Positions 1 through 9,673 of a DNA stretch of 64,000 nt are shown here, in pieces. The notes below the pieces were generated by a model that saw only the letters and a program-made list of their open reading frames with translations, was not told the DNA's origin and did no database searches. This stretch comes from Paludibacteraceae bacterium (GTDB lineage Bacteria; Bacteroidota; Bacteroidia; Bacteroidales; Paludibacteraceae). The stretch's first letter is position 1; the number at the start of each line of letters is the position of its first letter. The translations under genes were made by a program, and so were the position numbers. The DNA is taken from positions 20,637 through 84,636 of the forward strand of contig JAFYSF010000025.1 in the NCBI GenBank assembly GCA_017559505.1, read 5' to 3'.

Positions 1-696
1 GCCATTTTTGTAGCAGCAACTACTTTGTCAACCATTTCGTGTTTTGCACTACCTTTAGTTGAGAAAGAAAGCATAGCAATACGTGGTTCTTTGTTGGCAA
101 TAGCACGCATAGTTTCGCCTGTTGCAACCGCGATTTGAGCCAACTCTTCTGCTGTTGGATTTGGCATAACTGCCACGTCAGCAACCATCAACAAGCCATC
201 TTCACCGTATTGAGGAGTTTTTGTAAACAACATCATCGCACCAGACACACAAGTCATACCAGGTTTAGTTTTCACAATTTGCAATGCTGGACGAAGCACA
301 TTACCTGTAGTATTCAATGCACCGGCCAATTCACCATCTGCATCGCCCGATTTAATCATCAAACAAGCAAGATACAACGGATCTTTAGCCAAACGTGTAG
401 CCTCTTCAATAGTCATACCTTTGCTTTTGCGAAGTTCTGCAAGCAAAGTAGCATATTTTTCAAGGTTAGGATTGTTTTCTGGGTCAACAATTGTGGCCTC
501 TTTAATGTAAGTATATCCTTTCTCTTCTGCAATACGATTGATTTCTGCAGGGTTACCAATAAGGATAAGTTTAGCAACTTTGTCACGCAATACTGAGTTT
601 GCAGCCTCAAGCGTACGAGGTTCAGTACCTTCTGGCAAAACAATGCGCTGTGGATTTTGTTGTGCGCGTTCTTTGATTTCTTGAAGAAGTTTCATA
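1..696 (-). CDS. pta: phosphate acetyltransferase, N-terminal ~232 codons (gene runs off window start)
   Basis: Absent from the ORF track because the frame is open at the window edge. Hand translation from the ATG (revcomp of 694-696) gives MKLLQEIKERAQQNPQRIVLPEGTEPRTLEAANSVLRDKVAKLILIGNP...MIKSGDADGELAGALNTTGNVLRPALQIVKT, a typical PTA_PTB N-terminus. Confidence 0.85.
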
Positions 697-750
697 ATAG
701 TGTAAAGTTAGGAGCTAAAAATTAGGTTTTTCCACCCAAATCAACCTCCA

Positions 751-785
751 AATTATTAATTATTAATTGTTAATTCTTAATTCTA
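751..785. repeat. tandem heptamer array AATTNTT x5
   Basis: aattatt aattatt aattgtt aattctt aattcta, read directly; lies upstream of the pta start. Confidence 0.85.
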
Positions 786-795
786 TAACATCTTG

Positions 796-803
796 CAAAG
801 TTA
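796..803 (-). promoter_or_regulatory. candidate Bacteroidota -7 box (TAACTTTG on minus strand) for pta
   Basis: Plus-strand CAAAGTTA matches revcomp of TAnnTTTG, ~100 nt upstream of the pta ATG. Confidence 0.4.
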
Positions 804-829
804 CTAATACTTTTCGATATAACAAAAAA

Positions 830-880
830 AATCACAAAAAAAAGAAGCACCGAATTTTATCTCGGTGCCTCTTTTTTTTA
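830..880 (-). terminator. intrinsic terminator downstream of the 891-3044 gene
   Basis: 10-bp stem gaagcaccga/tcggtgcctc (1 mismatch), flanked by an A-run and a T-run. Confidence 0.7.
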
Positions 881-890
881 TCTACTAAAA

Positions 891-3044
891 TTAGTAACAA
901 ATTTGCTCTGCTAAACTGCGAAGTTCATAATTTGACTCTGTGCGATACAAAGATACTGCACGCATCACATTTTGTGTTTGAGTTTCCAACAAAGGAAGTT
1001 TAACTGCGTCATGAACCATGCGATTAGTTGTATTTGTTATCTTACCATGCACAACAGCAACAATTTCCATATTTTCAAACACACAATCAAAAGTACCTTT
1101 AGAACCACCAATCTTAGCAGGAACTTTATATGTATATGATTTAGAATAGCTACCTCCATCAAGTGTCATAAGTTCTCCAATTTGAGAAGTTAAGAACTTA
1201 CGTGGTGCATTGTTATGAGTATATGTTCCTGTTACCCCACTTTGACTTGCACTCAAACCACTTTGTGTCACTATTACAGTAACATAAACTTCATCTACTA
1301 TAGAATTTCCTTTAACTTCCACTGTCAATGTAGAATCTTCTACATTAAATGTACGATTAAGTTCGATAGTAGAAAGAGCTGGAGTCAAAAGGTTTTTTTC
1401 AAGGATTGCTGATGTAGCATAACCCGGGTGCCAAATAAGCACTGATTGACCTGCGCCATAATCACAAGCCATACGATTAATATTACACATAGGCGCAGCA
1501 TTAACACCAAGATAATCTGCAATATACAAACTTTCATTCAATGTAAATGCATCTGTACCATATGTATGGTGCGCAACCCACACTGCTTTACTTGGATCTT
1601 TCATGCCTGCAATTGCTGCAGCCATCGTTTTTGTTCCATTTGGACAGTTAGGACAACCTTGACCTGTAAACTGCTCTATATATACACTTTGACGTTCAAA
1701 CGCATCCGCAGAAAATACTGTAAAAATAAGATCTTCATCATTATTTGTAGACACAACGTCATCTGCATATTCAGCAACTATTTCAACCGCTACTTCTTTA
1801 AATGCACCCTCAATAGCTGGAGCAGAAAAACCATCAATGTTAACCATATAAGATTGTCCATTCAATAATCTATCTGAAACTGTAACTGTTTTTTCTTCAC
1901 CTCCAAGAGTACATTTAACCACTACATTTTCTGCTGGAGTAATACCTGCATTACGCAACTCACACGATACAACAACAGGATCGCCTACTTTAAGAGTTTG
2001 CGAAATAGCACCTCTTTCAAGAAGCACATCGTGTTGACGTTCTTTAGAATAATCTCCACCAACCATAATCGCTTGAATTGACCACACATATTTACCCAAT
2101 TGATTAGATACAAGGTCCCATCCGCTTTCTACATAAATCATCTCTGTTTTAGATGTTTTGCTTGATTTTTCGCAAGCCATAAAGTCCGTTGTACCTGTTG
2201 CAATATAACCAATATATGTATCTTGTTTGAAATCATACAATTCATCAAACATGATATATTGCCAACCTCCTTTTATATATGTAAATGTTTTTTCAATTTC
2301 TGGTTTTTGATAATCTGTACCAATAAACACTTTACCAGTTTTTACTTCATTTCCAACATAAACACGAATACCTGCAACATAGCAACCCGCATTAATCAAA
2401 TTTTCTACGCTCAACAATGTAGCTCCCCCGAATGTATGTGTTTTACCATCACCATAGCCAAAAACCAACGCATCATCCATACCTGATGATTTACAGTTAC
2501 CTAAAAGTTTCACCATCTCTTTGTCACCATCTTCAAGTTGTTTGCTTTGTTTATAAACAAATTTCACTGTAAATGTAACATCCAACGAATCTCGTCCATT
2601 TGTTACCATATACTCTGTTTCACAAACCGTTCTTACATTGTCATTCAATGCTTTCAAACGGAATGAAACATCACGAGTTTCTTTTGGAGCCACTTCTCCT
2701 AATTCCCAAATTTGTTCCGATGCTGAATTAGACTCAGCCAATAATACATCACCAACTACAACAGATGAAGTAAACTTATTAACATTAAATTTACGAGTTT
2801 CATAAATATCAAAGTTATTTTTCACTTCACCATTAATGATTTCTATTTCAGCCGACATTTCTTTTGATGCATCGTCATAATCATCCATTGTAACTACAAT
2901 AACATCATTAGATTTAACTGTTTTACCATTATACTTGATAGTATAAGACATATCACCGCCTTGTGTAATATGATCATCACAAGCAGCAAATGCTACAACT
3001 AACAACAAAGCAAATAATGCTTTAAACAAATTTTTTAAGTTCAT
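891..3044 (-). CDS. Omp28-related outer-membrane lipoprotein with long N-terminal extension
   Basis: 717-aa ORF with lipoprotein signal MNLKNLFKALFALLLVVAFAAC. The C-terminal half carries a thioredoxin-like FTGQGCPNCPNG motif, as in Omp28-family proteins. The N-terminal ~440 aa are unassigned. Confidence 0.5.
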   Translation of the reverse strand: MNLKNLFKALFALLLVVAFAACDDHITQGGDMSYTIKYNGKTVKSNDVIVVTMDDYDDASKEMSAEIEIINGEVKNNFDIYETRKFNVNKFTSSVVVGDVLLAESNSASEQIWELGEVAPKETRDVSFRLKALNDNVRTVCETEYMVTNGRDSLDVTFTVKFVYKQSKQLEDGDKEMVKLLGNCKSSGMDDALVFGYGDGKTHTFGGATLLSVENLINAGCYVAGIRVYVGNEVKTGKVFIGTDYQKPEIEKTFTYIKGGWQYIMFDELYDFKQDTYIGYIATGTTDFMACEKSSKTSKTEMIYVESGWDLVSNQLGKYVWSIQAIMVGGDYSKERQHDVLLERGAISQTLKVGDPVVVSCELRNAGITPAENVVVKCTLGGEEKTVTVSDRLLNGQSYMVNIDGFSAPAIEGAFKEVAVEIVAEYADDVVSTNNDEDLIFTVFSADAFERQSVYIEQFTGQGCPNCPNGTKTMAAAIAGMKDPSKAVWVAHHTYGTDAFTLNESLYIADYLGVNAAPMCNINRMACDYGAGQSVLIWHPGYATSAILEKNLLTPALSTIELNRTFNVEDSTLTVEVKGNSIVDEVYVTVIVTQSGLSASQSGVTGTYTHNNAPRKFLTSQIGELMTLDGGSYSKSYTYKVPAKIGGSKGTFDCVFENMEIVAVVHGKITNTTNRMVHDAVKLPLLETQTQNVMRAVSLYRTESNYELRSLAEQICY

Positions 3045-3099
3045 AAAACTAATTTTTTTAAGTTATTAGATAAAAGATTGAAAATTAATAATCAGACTG

Positions 3100-3107
3100 C
3101 AAAGGTA
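3100..3107 (-). promoter_or_regulatory. candidate -7 box (TACCTTTG on minus strand)
   Basis: Plus-strand CAAAGGTA, 56 nt upstream of the start at 3044. Confidence 0.45.
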
Positions 3108-3160
3108 ATATATTTTTTTTAATCTTACTACAAAAATAAAAAAAAAATGAATCAAACGGC

Positions 3161-4336
3161 CTATTTTAGCATTATACTTGCCCTATACACTGTATTTTCC
3201 GTCACAGGGCACAATGAAAAATATCCTTTTTTAAATCTTCCACCCTCTATTTCAATCGGATTTTCCTCTGTTTGCATATAATGATCACGCAACAATTCCC
3301 CTGGAGGACAATGATCTATCATAAACATCCCTTTAGCTCCTTTACACACACAACGATCATAAACCACTCTCGCCACCATACCCATAGTCATCCTTAAATT
3401 AAATTCTACCACTGGATTTATCTTATAATTTACATCATCTTGTGTATCCGAATAAACAAACATATCCACTCCCACAAATCCAGCATAATTTTTTGCCACT
3501 TTCTCACGCAAAAAGTCAGTTAATGTTTCACGTATCCAATTCAAATAATCAACAGACACCCACTTCGACAACTCTGCCTCGATATCTTCATTCGACAACA
3601 AATAATTTCCGCGATAAATTCCACTACCCTCAGTAAAAAACAACGAGTACCCTGCAAATGTAACATCTCCACGACCCACCTTAAACTCCATTGCAAAATC
3701 TTGTACCCTATTATAAGCCACCTCTCCCATTACAGAACCCTGCTTATCTATAACACGCTTACACCACCCCGAAAGACTCGGAGTCAACTGTCCTGAAGAC
3801 CAAAAAACACCCTTACCACTACCGCTCCAAGGAGCCTTAAAAACCACCTCTTCATATTTCGCAGCAAAAGCATTAACATCGGCCATCGCAACTAACTCTT
3901 CTGCCGATTTAGGCAACAAATTAGGATTAACTACTCTCTCTCTCAAATAATCCATCGCTTCAATAGTCAACCTACGGTGAGCCAATTGCTTATATTCATC
4001 TATCCTTTCTAATGTAGGCAACAATTTTTCTGCAACTCCATTATTCAAAAAAAACTTACGCACAGCCATATCCCACCCCCAAGGCTCAACCTTAAACTCT
4101 TCTATTTTATCTTTTGAAAACAATGGAATAGTCGCAACATCTAAACCCAACACATTCAAATCGTCCGTAAATTCCTGATCGCTCAACACCTCTGAAGCAA
4201 CCTCTTCCGCAAACCAACATGGTAGCAACGACAAATCCTCAGCAAAAGCAACTGCCGATTCTGGTGCTTGAAAATGAGCATTCCCATTTGCCAAAGCCAA
4301 ATCATGATCTGGATTAAAATAATATAACCTAGACAT
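3161..4336 (-). CDS. conserved hypothetical, ATP-grasp-like
   Basis: 391-aa ORF. VVFKAPWSGSGKGVFW and VGVDMF...INPVVEFNLRMTMG resemble ATP-grasp motifs. The exact family was not recognised. Confidence 0.4.
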   Translation of the reverse strand: MSRLYYFNPDHDLALANGNAHFQAPESAVAFAEDLSLLPCWFAEEVASEVLSDQEFTDDLNVLGLDVATIPLFSKDKIEEFKVEPWGWDMAVRKFFLNNGVAEKLLPTLERIDEYKQLAHRRLTIEAMDYLRERVVNPNLLPKSAEELVAMADVNAFAAKYEEVVFKAPWSGSGKGVFWSSGQLTPSLSGWCKRVIDKQGSVMGEVAYNRVQDFAMEFKVGRGDVTFAGYSLFFTEGSGIYRGNYLLSNEDIEAELSKWVSVDYLNWIRETLTDFLREKVAKNYAGFVGVDMFVYSDTQDDVNYKINPVVEFNLRMTMGMVARVVYDRCVCKGAKGMFMIDHCPPGELLRDHYMQTEENPIEIEGGRFKKGYFSLCPVTENTVYRASIMLK

Positions 4337-4423
4337 TTTTTAAAATTAAAATTTGAAAATCACAATTCGGTAAAGTAAACTCAATCTAAACAATACCGAG
4401 CACAAACAAAACAAAAAACTTGA

Positions 4424-4458
4424 AACTTTCACATTTCAACTTTAAACTTTCAACTTTA
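4424..4458. repeat. tandem heptamer array AACTTTM x5
   Basis: aactttc acatttc aacttta aactttc aacttta. Overlaps the sufE stop and encodes its last residues (LLKLKV). Confidence 0.85.
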
Positions 4459-4870
4459 AAAGTGCATATGCCTTCATCTTTTCAACCATCGACACAAGTC
4501 CATTACTACGTGTTGGCGACAAATGTTCTTTCAAACCTATTTTATCGAGGAATCCAAAATTATATTTTACAACCTCTTCTGCCGTACAACCCGACATCAT
4601 ATTTATCAAGAGCGCAACAATACCCTTTACTATTATCGCATCACTTTCTCCTCTAAAATACAATCTACCATCTTGCTCATCACACACCAACCACACCTGA
4701 CTCTGACAGCCTTTTATCAGTGTATCATCATTCTTTTCTTCTGCCGACAAACCTTCTAATTCTCCTCCCAAATCCACAAGATATTGGTAACGATCCATCC
4801 AATCCTCATAAACCTCAAATTCCTCAAGTAATTCAATCTCTTTTTCTTCTAATGTTTTCATATATTTCAA
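4442..4870 (-). CDS. sufE: SufE-family cysteine desulfuration protein
   Basis: 142 aa with the KGCQSQVW active-Cys loop and the SPTRSNGL motif. Confidence 0.85.
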   Translation of the reverse strand: MKYMKTLEEKEIELLEEFEVYEDWMDRYQYLVDLGGELEGLSAEEKNDDTLIKGCQSQVWLVCDEQDGRLYFRGESDAIIVKGIVALLINMMSGCTAEEVVKYNFGFLDKIGLKEHLSPTRSNGLVSMVEKMKAYALLKLKV

Positions 4871-4899
4871 ATACTATTTTTTATTTCTGATTACAACAA

Positions 4900-6084
4900 T
4901 TATTTTTTAATTCTATCAAATTCATCCCAAAAATTCGGATACGACTTATTTACCACCTCTGGGTTCTCTATTTCAATCTCTCTCATTAACCCTACAATCG
5001 ACATCGACATTGCTATACGATGGTCATTATACGCATTTATATATGGCACTTTTTCGCCTTCACCTCTCTCTCCCAACCAACAAATTTTACCCTTTTCATC
5101 ATATTTCAACGCATATCCACACTTACGCATTTCCGTCATCATCGCCCCTATTCTATCACTCTCCTTCACTCTCAACGTTTTCACACCACTTATCTCAAAT
5201 TCTACTCCCAACAAACATGCCACCACTACTATATACATCACAGCGTCTGGCATATTTTCACAATTCAGCTCTAATTTATTCACCTTGCATCCACTCCACT
5301 CTATTGCAACACCACCTTCTATCTCTTTAGTTTCAACCCCTAATCGTGCAAACACCTCCACCACCGCTCTATCAGGCTGAACGCTATCTAAACTCAATCC
5401 CAAAAATCTAAACTCCCCTCTTTTCAATACCGCCATCATAGCATACCACACCGTTGCCGACGACCAATCTTTCTCTCCACTATATCCTACACCTCTTCTA
5501 TATCTTTCTATCACACTATTTGTCAATCTAATATACGATTTCGAGGCCACATCTCCCTCATATTCTATCTCAATTCCACCCTCCACTCTGTCTGCAATCA
5601 ACATCAATGCCGATGCAAACTGACTACTCAACGACGCATCTAATCTCACTCGTCCGCCCCTCAATGCCTTACCTTTTATTTTCAATGGAGCAAATCCCTC
5701 TTTATCTACATAAGAAATATCTGCCCCCATTGCAAGCAAAACATCAACCAATGGCTTTATTGGTCGCTCACACAATCTTTTCGACCCAGTCAACACAAAT
5801 TCCCCCTCACTCACAGCACAATAAGCTGTCATAAACCGCAAAGCTGTCCCCGAATGATGCAAATCTAAATTCGTAATTGTGCATTGTGCATTGTGCATTG
5901 TGCACTGTTTCAACGCCCTCGACAACACAAATATATCATCATTCTCATCTTCAACCCCCACTTCTATTCCATTCAAAGCATCTAACACCAACTCCCTTGC
6001 CCTCACACTTTTCGACAAAGGCAAACCAATTGAGAACTTACCTTCTCCTGCATTATGAATTGTGAATTGTGAACCGTAGGTCAT
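4900..6084 (-). CDS. aroA: 3-phosphoshikimate 1-carboxyvinyltransferase (EPSP synthase)
   Basis: 394 aa with the motifs LPLSKSV, HSGTALRFMTAY, GSKRLCERPI and KESDR. Confidence 0.9.
   Translation of the reverse strand: MTYGSQFTIHNAGEGKFSIGLPLSKSVRARELVLDALNGIEVGVEDENDDIFVLSRALKQCTMHNAQCTITNLDLHHSGTALRFMTAYCAVSEGEFVLTGSKRLCERPIKPLVDVLLAMGADISYVDKEGFAPLKIKGKALRGGRVRLDASLSSQFASALMLIADRVEGGIEIEYEGDVASKSYIRLTNSVIERYRRGVGYSGEKDWSSATVWYAMMAVLKRGEFRFLGLSLDSVQPDRAVVEVFARLGVETKEIEGGVAIEWSGCKVNKLELNCENMPDAVMYIVVVACLLGVEFEISGVKTLRVKESDRIGAMMTEMRKCGYALKYDEKGKICWLGERGEGEKVPYINAYNDHRIAMSMSIVGLMREIEIENPEVVNKSYPNFWDEFDRIKK
5873..5907. repeat. tandem heptamer array TGCATTG x5 inside aroA
   Basis: gtaattg tgcattg tgcattg tgcattg tgcactg. 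On the coding strand it encodes QCTMHNAQCTITN. Confidence 0.9.
6051..6078. repeat. tandem heptamer array AATTGTG-type x4 at aroA 5' end
   Basis: cattatg aattgtg aattgtg aaccgta. Encodes the aroA N-terminus MTYGSQFTIHNA. Confidence 0.8.
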
Positions 6085-6097
6085 GAGCCTTTAAGCG

Positions 6098-6118
6098 AAT
6101 ATTGTGCATTATGAATTA
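6098..6118. repeat. heptamer array x3 (aatattg tgcatta tgaatta)
   Basis: Lies between the aroA start and the stop of the 6116-7441 gene. Confidence 0.6.
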
Positions 6119-7441
6119 TCTCCTAAATCCTGGCAATGACGCATAATTCAAACCACGCCACACATCATTATTCGAACGAACCGCCGAACTCTTTCCGCCT
6201 ATCAAATAAATATATCCGTTAGGAACAACCACTGCTGAATGACCATATCGTGGCACATACAAATCACCTATTTCTGATTTCGATTTAGGCGCGCCCCAAG
6301 TCAATCCAAAATCTTTAGAAAACACTTGAGCATCTTTCACCACCACACTTTCAGATTCCGAATCTGCAACCTGCGACATACCACCAAACAACATCAATCC
6401 ACCTCCATATTGAGCCAAAGCAGCATATGCTCGTGGCGAAAAACGTTCGATTCCACCGCTCAATTCGCTCCAATATCCTCCTGTTTCACTACTCCACACT
6501 GTCGACAAAAATCTACCATTGGCATCTATACCACCAACAACAAAAACCCTCTCTTTTCCCGAAGGTGCCTTTGCCACCAAAACAGCGGCTCCTTCTACAG
6601 GAAAGTCCGAAGGCAATCTACCCAAATCTACCCAATCTGTACCATCCAAACGTGCCAAACCATGATCTGCTGTAACGCCATACACCTTGCCCTCCATCGA
6701 AAACAATAGATATTCCACCGCTATACCTGTAATAACTTCAGATGTCCATGTTGCCCCATCCGCACTTTTATACAACTCTCCATCATAATACAGACAAACA
6801 AAGTCTTCATATCCAACCAAATAATTCAAATCTATATCCGAAAAATCAATATCCAAACCCGAAACTTCTAATGCCTCCCATTTCTCGCCATCAACACTCT
6901 CATTCACAAGCAAATCATTATCTACTATAGCAAAATAAAGCAATCTATCATTGATCCACAACACCTTTTCTGTCATGGCATAACCTCCAAACACCTCGCT
7001 CTTTATTCCTTGCCAGATGAACGTGTCAGGGTCAACAGTATGAACATTAACCTTCACAAAATAATCCGCCGAAGTCTTCTCATCCGACGCAACTACCGTG
7101 AATTTCACACCATTCGTAAAATCCAAATACACCTCTGTCAAATTATAATAATCAAGCGTATCATTGATATAAACCGACGAAAATCTCGGATTTATAACAA
7201 ACGACAACGAATCAATTCGAGTGCCATAATCAATCGAATCATAATTATAAATCAACATACTATCATCGTCGATAGTAAACACATAATCATCAATCCCCTC
7301 AATACTATCACTATAAAGATAAAACGAAGTGATTTTTGCCTCATCCGAAATCGTCGTAGATGTCGTTCCTCCACTATCCAAGCACGACGTTGCACACAAC
7401 ATCAAAAACATCATTCCTAAAATATAAATACTCTTTCTCAT
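6116..7441 (-). CDS. lipoprotein with Kelch/beta-propeller-like repeats (DUF6242-like)
   Basis: 441 aa with lipobox LMLCATSC. The C-terminal half has Kelch-like motifs (PRYGHSAVV, IYLIGG, VFVVGG). Confidence 0.5.
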   Translation of the reverse strand: MRKSIYILGMMFLMLCATSCLDSGGTTSTTISDEAKITSFYLYSDSIEGIDDYVFTIDDDSMLIYNYDSIDYGTRIDSLSFVINPRFSSVYINDTLDYYNLTEVYLDFTNGVKFTVVASDEKTSADYFVKVNVHTVDPDTFIWQGIKSEVFGGYAMTEKVLWINDRLLYFAIVDNDLLVNESVDGEKWEALEVSGLDIDFSDIDLNYLVGYEDFVCLYYDGELYKSADGATWTSEVITGIAVEYLLFSMEGKVYGVTADHGLARLDGTDWVDLGRLPSDFPVEGAAVLVAKAPSGKERVFVVGGIDANGRFLSTVWSSETGGYWSELSGGIERFSPRAYAALAQYGGGLMLFGGMSQVADSESESVVVKDAQVFSKDFGLTWGAPKSKSEIGDLYVPRYGHSAVVVPNGYIYLIGGKSSAVRSNNDVWRGLNYASLPGFRR

Positions 7442-7474
7442 AAATTCTTTCTATTATATTATTATACCAAACTG

Positions 7475-7482
7475 CAAAGTTA
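7475..7482 (-). promoter_or_regulatory. candidate -7 box (TAACTTTG on minus strand)
   Basis: Plus-strand CAAAGTTA, 34 nt upstream of the start at 7441. Confidence 0.45.
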
Positions 7483-8331
7483 ATTATTATTTTCCGATTT
7501 CACGCTATTTTCACCATATTTTTGAGTGCAAATCATCAAAACCACACCTAAAAGAAACAATGGCACGCTCAACCACTGCCCCATATTCAACACCATATCA
7601 TGCTCAAAACCAACCTGAATCTCCTTCACAAACTCCACACAAAATCTAAACCCAGCTATCACCATCAATTGCAACGACAAATAAAATCCCGGCTTAACAC
7701 TCTCATATTTCAATCGCTTAAACAACCAAACTCCCACTCCAAACAGCATAAAAAAGAACAACGACTCATACAACTGAGCTGGATGACGAGGCAAATCATC
7801 TATTTCAGGGAAAACAAATGCCCACACCACATCCGTCGATGCACCAACAATCTCCGAATTCATCAAATTACCCAATCTTATAAAAGCCCCAGCCAATGCC
7901 GTCGCTATAGCCATCCAATCCATTATCGGCAATATCGCCAACTTCGACCTCCATCTAAACAACATCAATGCCAACATCAACCCCATCACAGCACCATGAC
8001 TTGCCAAACCATGGTATCCACTAAAGTAATAATTCCCCATTTCATCGACACCCACAGGCAAAAACATCTCTATCGGATGCGACAAAAAATAATCTGCTTC
8101 ATAGAATAAACAATGCCCCAATCTCGCACCCAAAAATATTCCAAAAAACGACCAAATTATCAAATTCTCAAACACCCCCTGCTCAATTCCAAACTCCTTA
8201 AATCTACCCCACACATACCATCCCGCCAATACCAAACCCAAAGCAAACAACACCCCGTACCACAACAAAGTGAAGCTCCCAACCGAAAAAATCACCGGAT
8301 TGGGCGACCATACAATCCAAAATAAATTCAT
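7480..8331 (-). CDS. lgt: prolipoprotein diacylglyceryl transferase
   Basis: 283 aa, polytopic, with GARLGHCLFYE and PRHPAQLYES motifs. Confidence 0.9.
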   Translation of the reverse strand: MNLFWIVWSPNPVIFSVGSFTLLWYGVLFALGLVLAGWYVWGRFKEFGIEQGVFENLIIWSFFGIFLGARLGHCLFYEADYFLSHPIEMFLPVGVDEMGNYYFSGYHGLASHGAVMGLMLALMLFRWRSKLAILPIMDWMAIATALAGAFIRLGNLMNSEIVGASTDVVWAFVFPEIDDLPRHPAQLYESLFFFMLFGVGVWLFKRLKYESVKPGFYLSLQLMVIAGFRFCVEFVKEIQVGFEHDMVLNMGQWLSVPLFLLGVVLMICTQKYGENSVKSENNN

Positions 8332-8416
8332 AATATTTTCTTATGGGACTTCTATAAATTACCTTGTAAATAAAATTAAAAAACGGGCAATTTATAGAAG
8401 TTCCCTTGTTACAAAC

Positions 8417-8517
8417 ACCCATTTACAGTGTGTATCAAAATCACAAATCTCTCCTTACCCTCAAGCAACCTTCAAGCAACCTTCACCGAAGAAGACTGAC
8501 ACACACTCTCATTGTGT
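8417..8517 (-). repeat. copy 1 of the GTGTCAGTCTTCTTCGRTGAAGGTTGCTTGAAGGTTGC element family (reverse orientation; full ~105-bp form)
   Basis: The reverse complement aligns along its length with 49840-49948. The core also occurs at 23676-23724 and 40460-40558. Confidence 0.85.
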
Positions 8518-8530
8518 ACTCGCATTAAAA

Positions 8531-8558
8531 ATTCCTCACTCCTCATTCCTCATTCCAA
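8531..8558. repeat. tandem heptamer array ATTCCTC x4
   Basis: attcctc actcctc attcctc attccaa. Overlaps the dusB stop codon and last codons. Confidence 0.85.
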
Positions 8559-9534
8559 CCATTCCCGGCACCGAATCAATTATACCAAACAACTCATCCA
8601 ACGTCTCAGCTCTCAACATCGCAATCCTCGTCGGCTTAAAATGATCTATACCCTTAAACACTGGCGTAACCGCCAAATGTCTTCTACTATGCACAATCCC
8701 CTTCCTCTCATCACCCAACCACTCAATCGATCTCAACACATGCTCTTTTATAATATCAATTTGCCATTGCATCTCATACGGAGTCACATATTCTCCCGTT
8801 TGCAAGTAATGTTTCACCTCCTCAAAAATCCAAGGCCTACCAATCGACCCACGCCCAATCATCACAGCATCAACACCATACTTATCAAAACACTCTCTCG
8901 CCCTCTCTGGAGTTGTAACATCACCATTTCCAATAATCGGAATTCTCATTCTCGGATTATTCTTCACCTCACCAATCAATGTCCAATCAGCCTCACCAGT
9001 ATACATTTGCGCTCTCGTACGCCCATGAATCGCCAACGCCTGAGCTCCACAATCCTGTATAGCCTCTGCCAAATCAACAATAATTTTCGATTGATCATCC
9101 CAACCCAAACGCGTCTTCACCGTAACAGGTATCTTCACTGCCTCAACCACAGCCTTCGTGATAGCCAACAACTTAGGCACATCACGCAACATACCCGAAC
9201 CTGCCCCCTTACCAGCAACCTTCTTCACTGGGCACCCAAAATTCAAGTCCAAAATATCAGGTTTCGCTTCTTCCACAATCTTTGCAGCCTCCACCATCGT
9301 ATCCACATCCTTACCATAAATCTGTATCGCCACAGGTCTCTCCTCATCATGTATAGTCAACTTCTGCTCCGTACGTTTCACATTACGTATCAAAGCATCA
9401 GCACTAACAAACTCTGTATAAACCATATCCGCTCCAAATCGTTTACACAACAATCTGAATGCCGGATCCGTCACATCCTCCATCGGAGCCAAAAACAAAG
9501 GCTCTTTACCAAACTCTACATTACCTATTTTCAT
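8536..9534 (-). CDS. dusB: tRNA-dihydrouridine synthase
   Basis: Start moved to MKIGNVEFGKEPLFLAPMEDVTD (ATG = revcomp 9532-9534). The longer ORF-track N-terminus reads through heptamer repeats. Dus/FMN TIM-barrel motifs are present throughout. Confidence 0.9.
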   Translation of the reverse strand: MKIGNVEFGKEPLFLAPMEDVTDPAFRLLCKRFGADMVYTEFVSADALIRNVKRTEQKLTIHDEERPVAIQIYGKDVDTMVEAAKIVEEAKPDILDLNFGCPVKKVAGKGAGSGMLRDVPKLLAITKAVVEAVKIPVTVKTRLGWDDQSKIIVDLAEAIQDCGAQALAIHGRTRAQMYTGEADWTLIGEVKNNPRMRIPIIGNGDVTTPERARECFDKYGVDAVMIGRGSIGRPWIFEEVKHYLQTGEYVTPYEMQWQIDIIKEHVLRSIEWLGDERKGIVHSRRHLAVTPVFKGIDHFKPTRIAMLRAETLDELFGIIDSVPGMVGMRNEE

Positions 9535-9563
9535 ACCTTTTCCAACTTTTACTTTTAAAGGTA

Positions 9564-9571
9564 CAAAATTA
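9564..9571 (-). promoter_or_regulatory. candidate -7 box (TAATTTTG on minus strand) for dusB
   Basis: Plus-strand CAAAATTA, 30 nt upstream of the start at 9534. Confidence 0.45.
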
Positions 9572-9584
9572 CAAAAAAAATTCG

Positions 9585-9592
9585 TATCTTTG
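9585..9592 (+). promoter_or_regulatory. candidate -7 box TATCTTTG for the sufT-like/lpxH operon
   Basis: Exact TAnnTTTG match, 82 nt upstream of the ATG at 9674. Confidence 0.5.
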
Positions 9593-9599
9593 CACAAAA

Positions 9600-9665
9600 A
9601 AATTGAGAATTGAGAATTAAGAATTAAAAATTCAAGCATTCCTCACTCCTCACTCCTAATTCCTC
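9600..9665. repeat. two abutting heptamer arrays: GAATTRA x5 (9600-9634) and AYTCCTC x4 (9638-9665)
   Basis: aaattga gaattga gaattaa gaattaa aaattca / attcctc actcctc actccta attcctc. Confidence 0.85.
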
Positions 9666-9673
9666 ATTAAACT

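Noticed and set aside
135-643. ORFs of 153 aa (+) and 76 aa (-) at the window start.
   Set aside because: They overlap the pta reading frame (minus strand, open at the window edge), which gives a convincing phosphate acetyltransferase N-terminus.
8512-9558. A 348-aa plus-strand ORF, the longest unexplained ORF in the track.
   Set aside because: It is antisense to dusB, whose product has clear Dus-family motifs. The translation is low-complexity (H/S/L/I/N/R-rich) with no recognisable motif. It is a typical shadow ORF.
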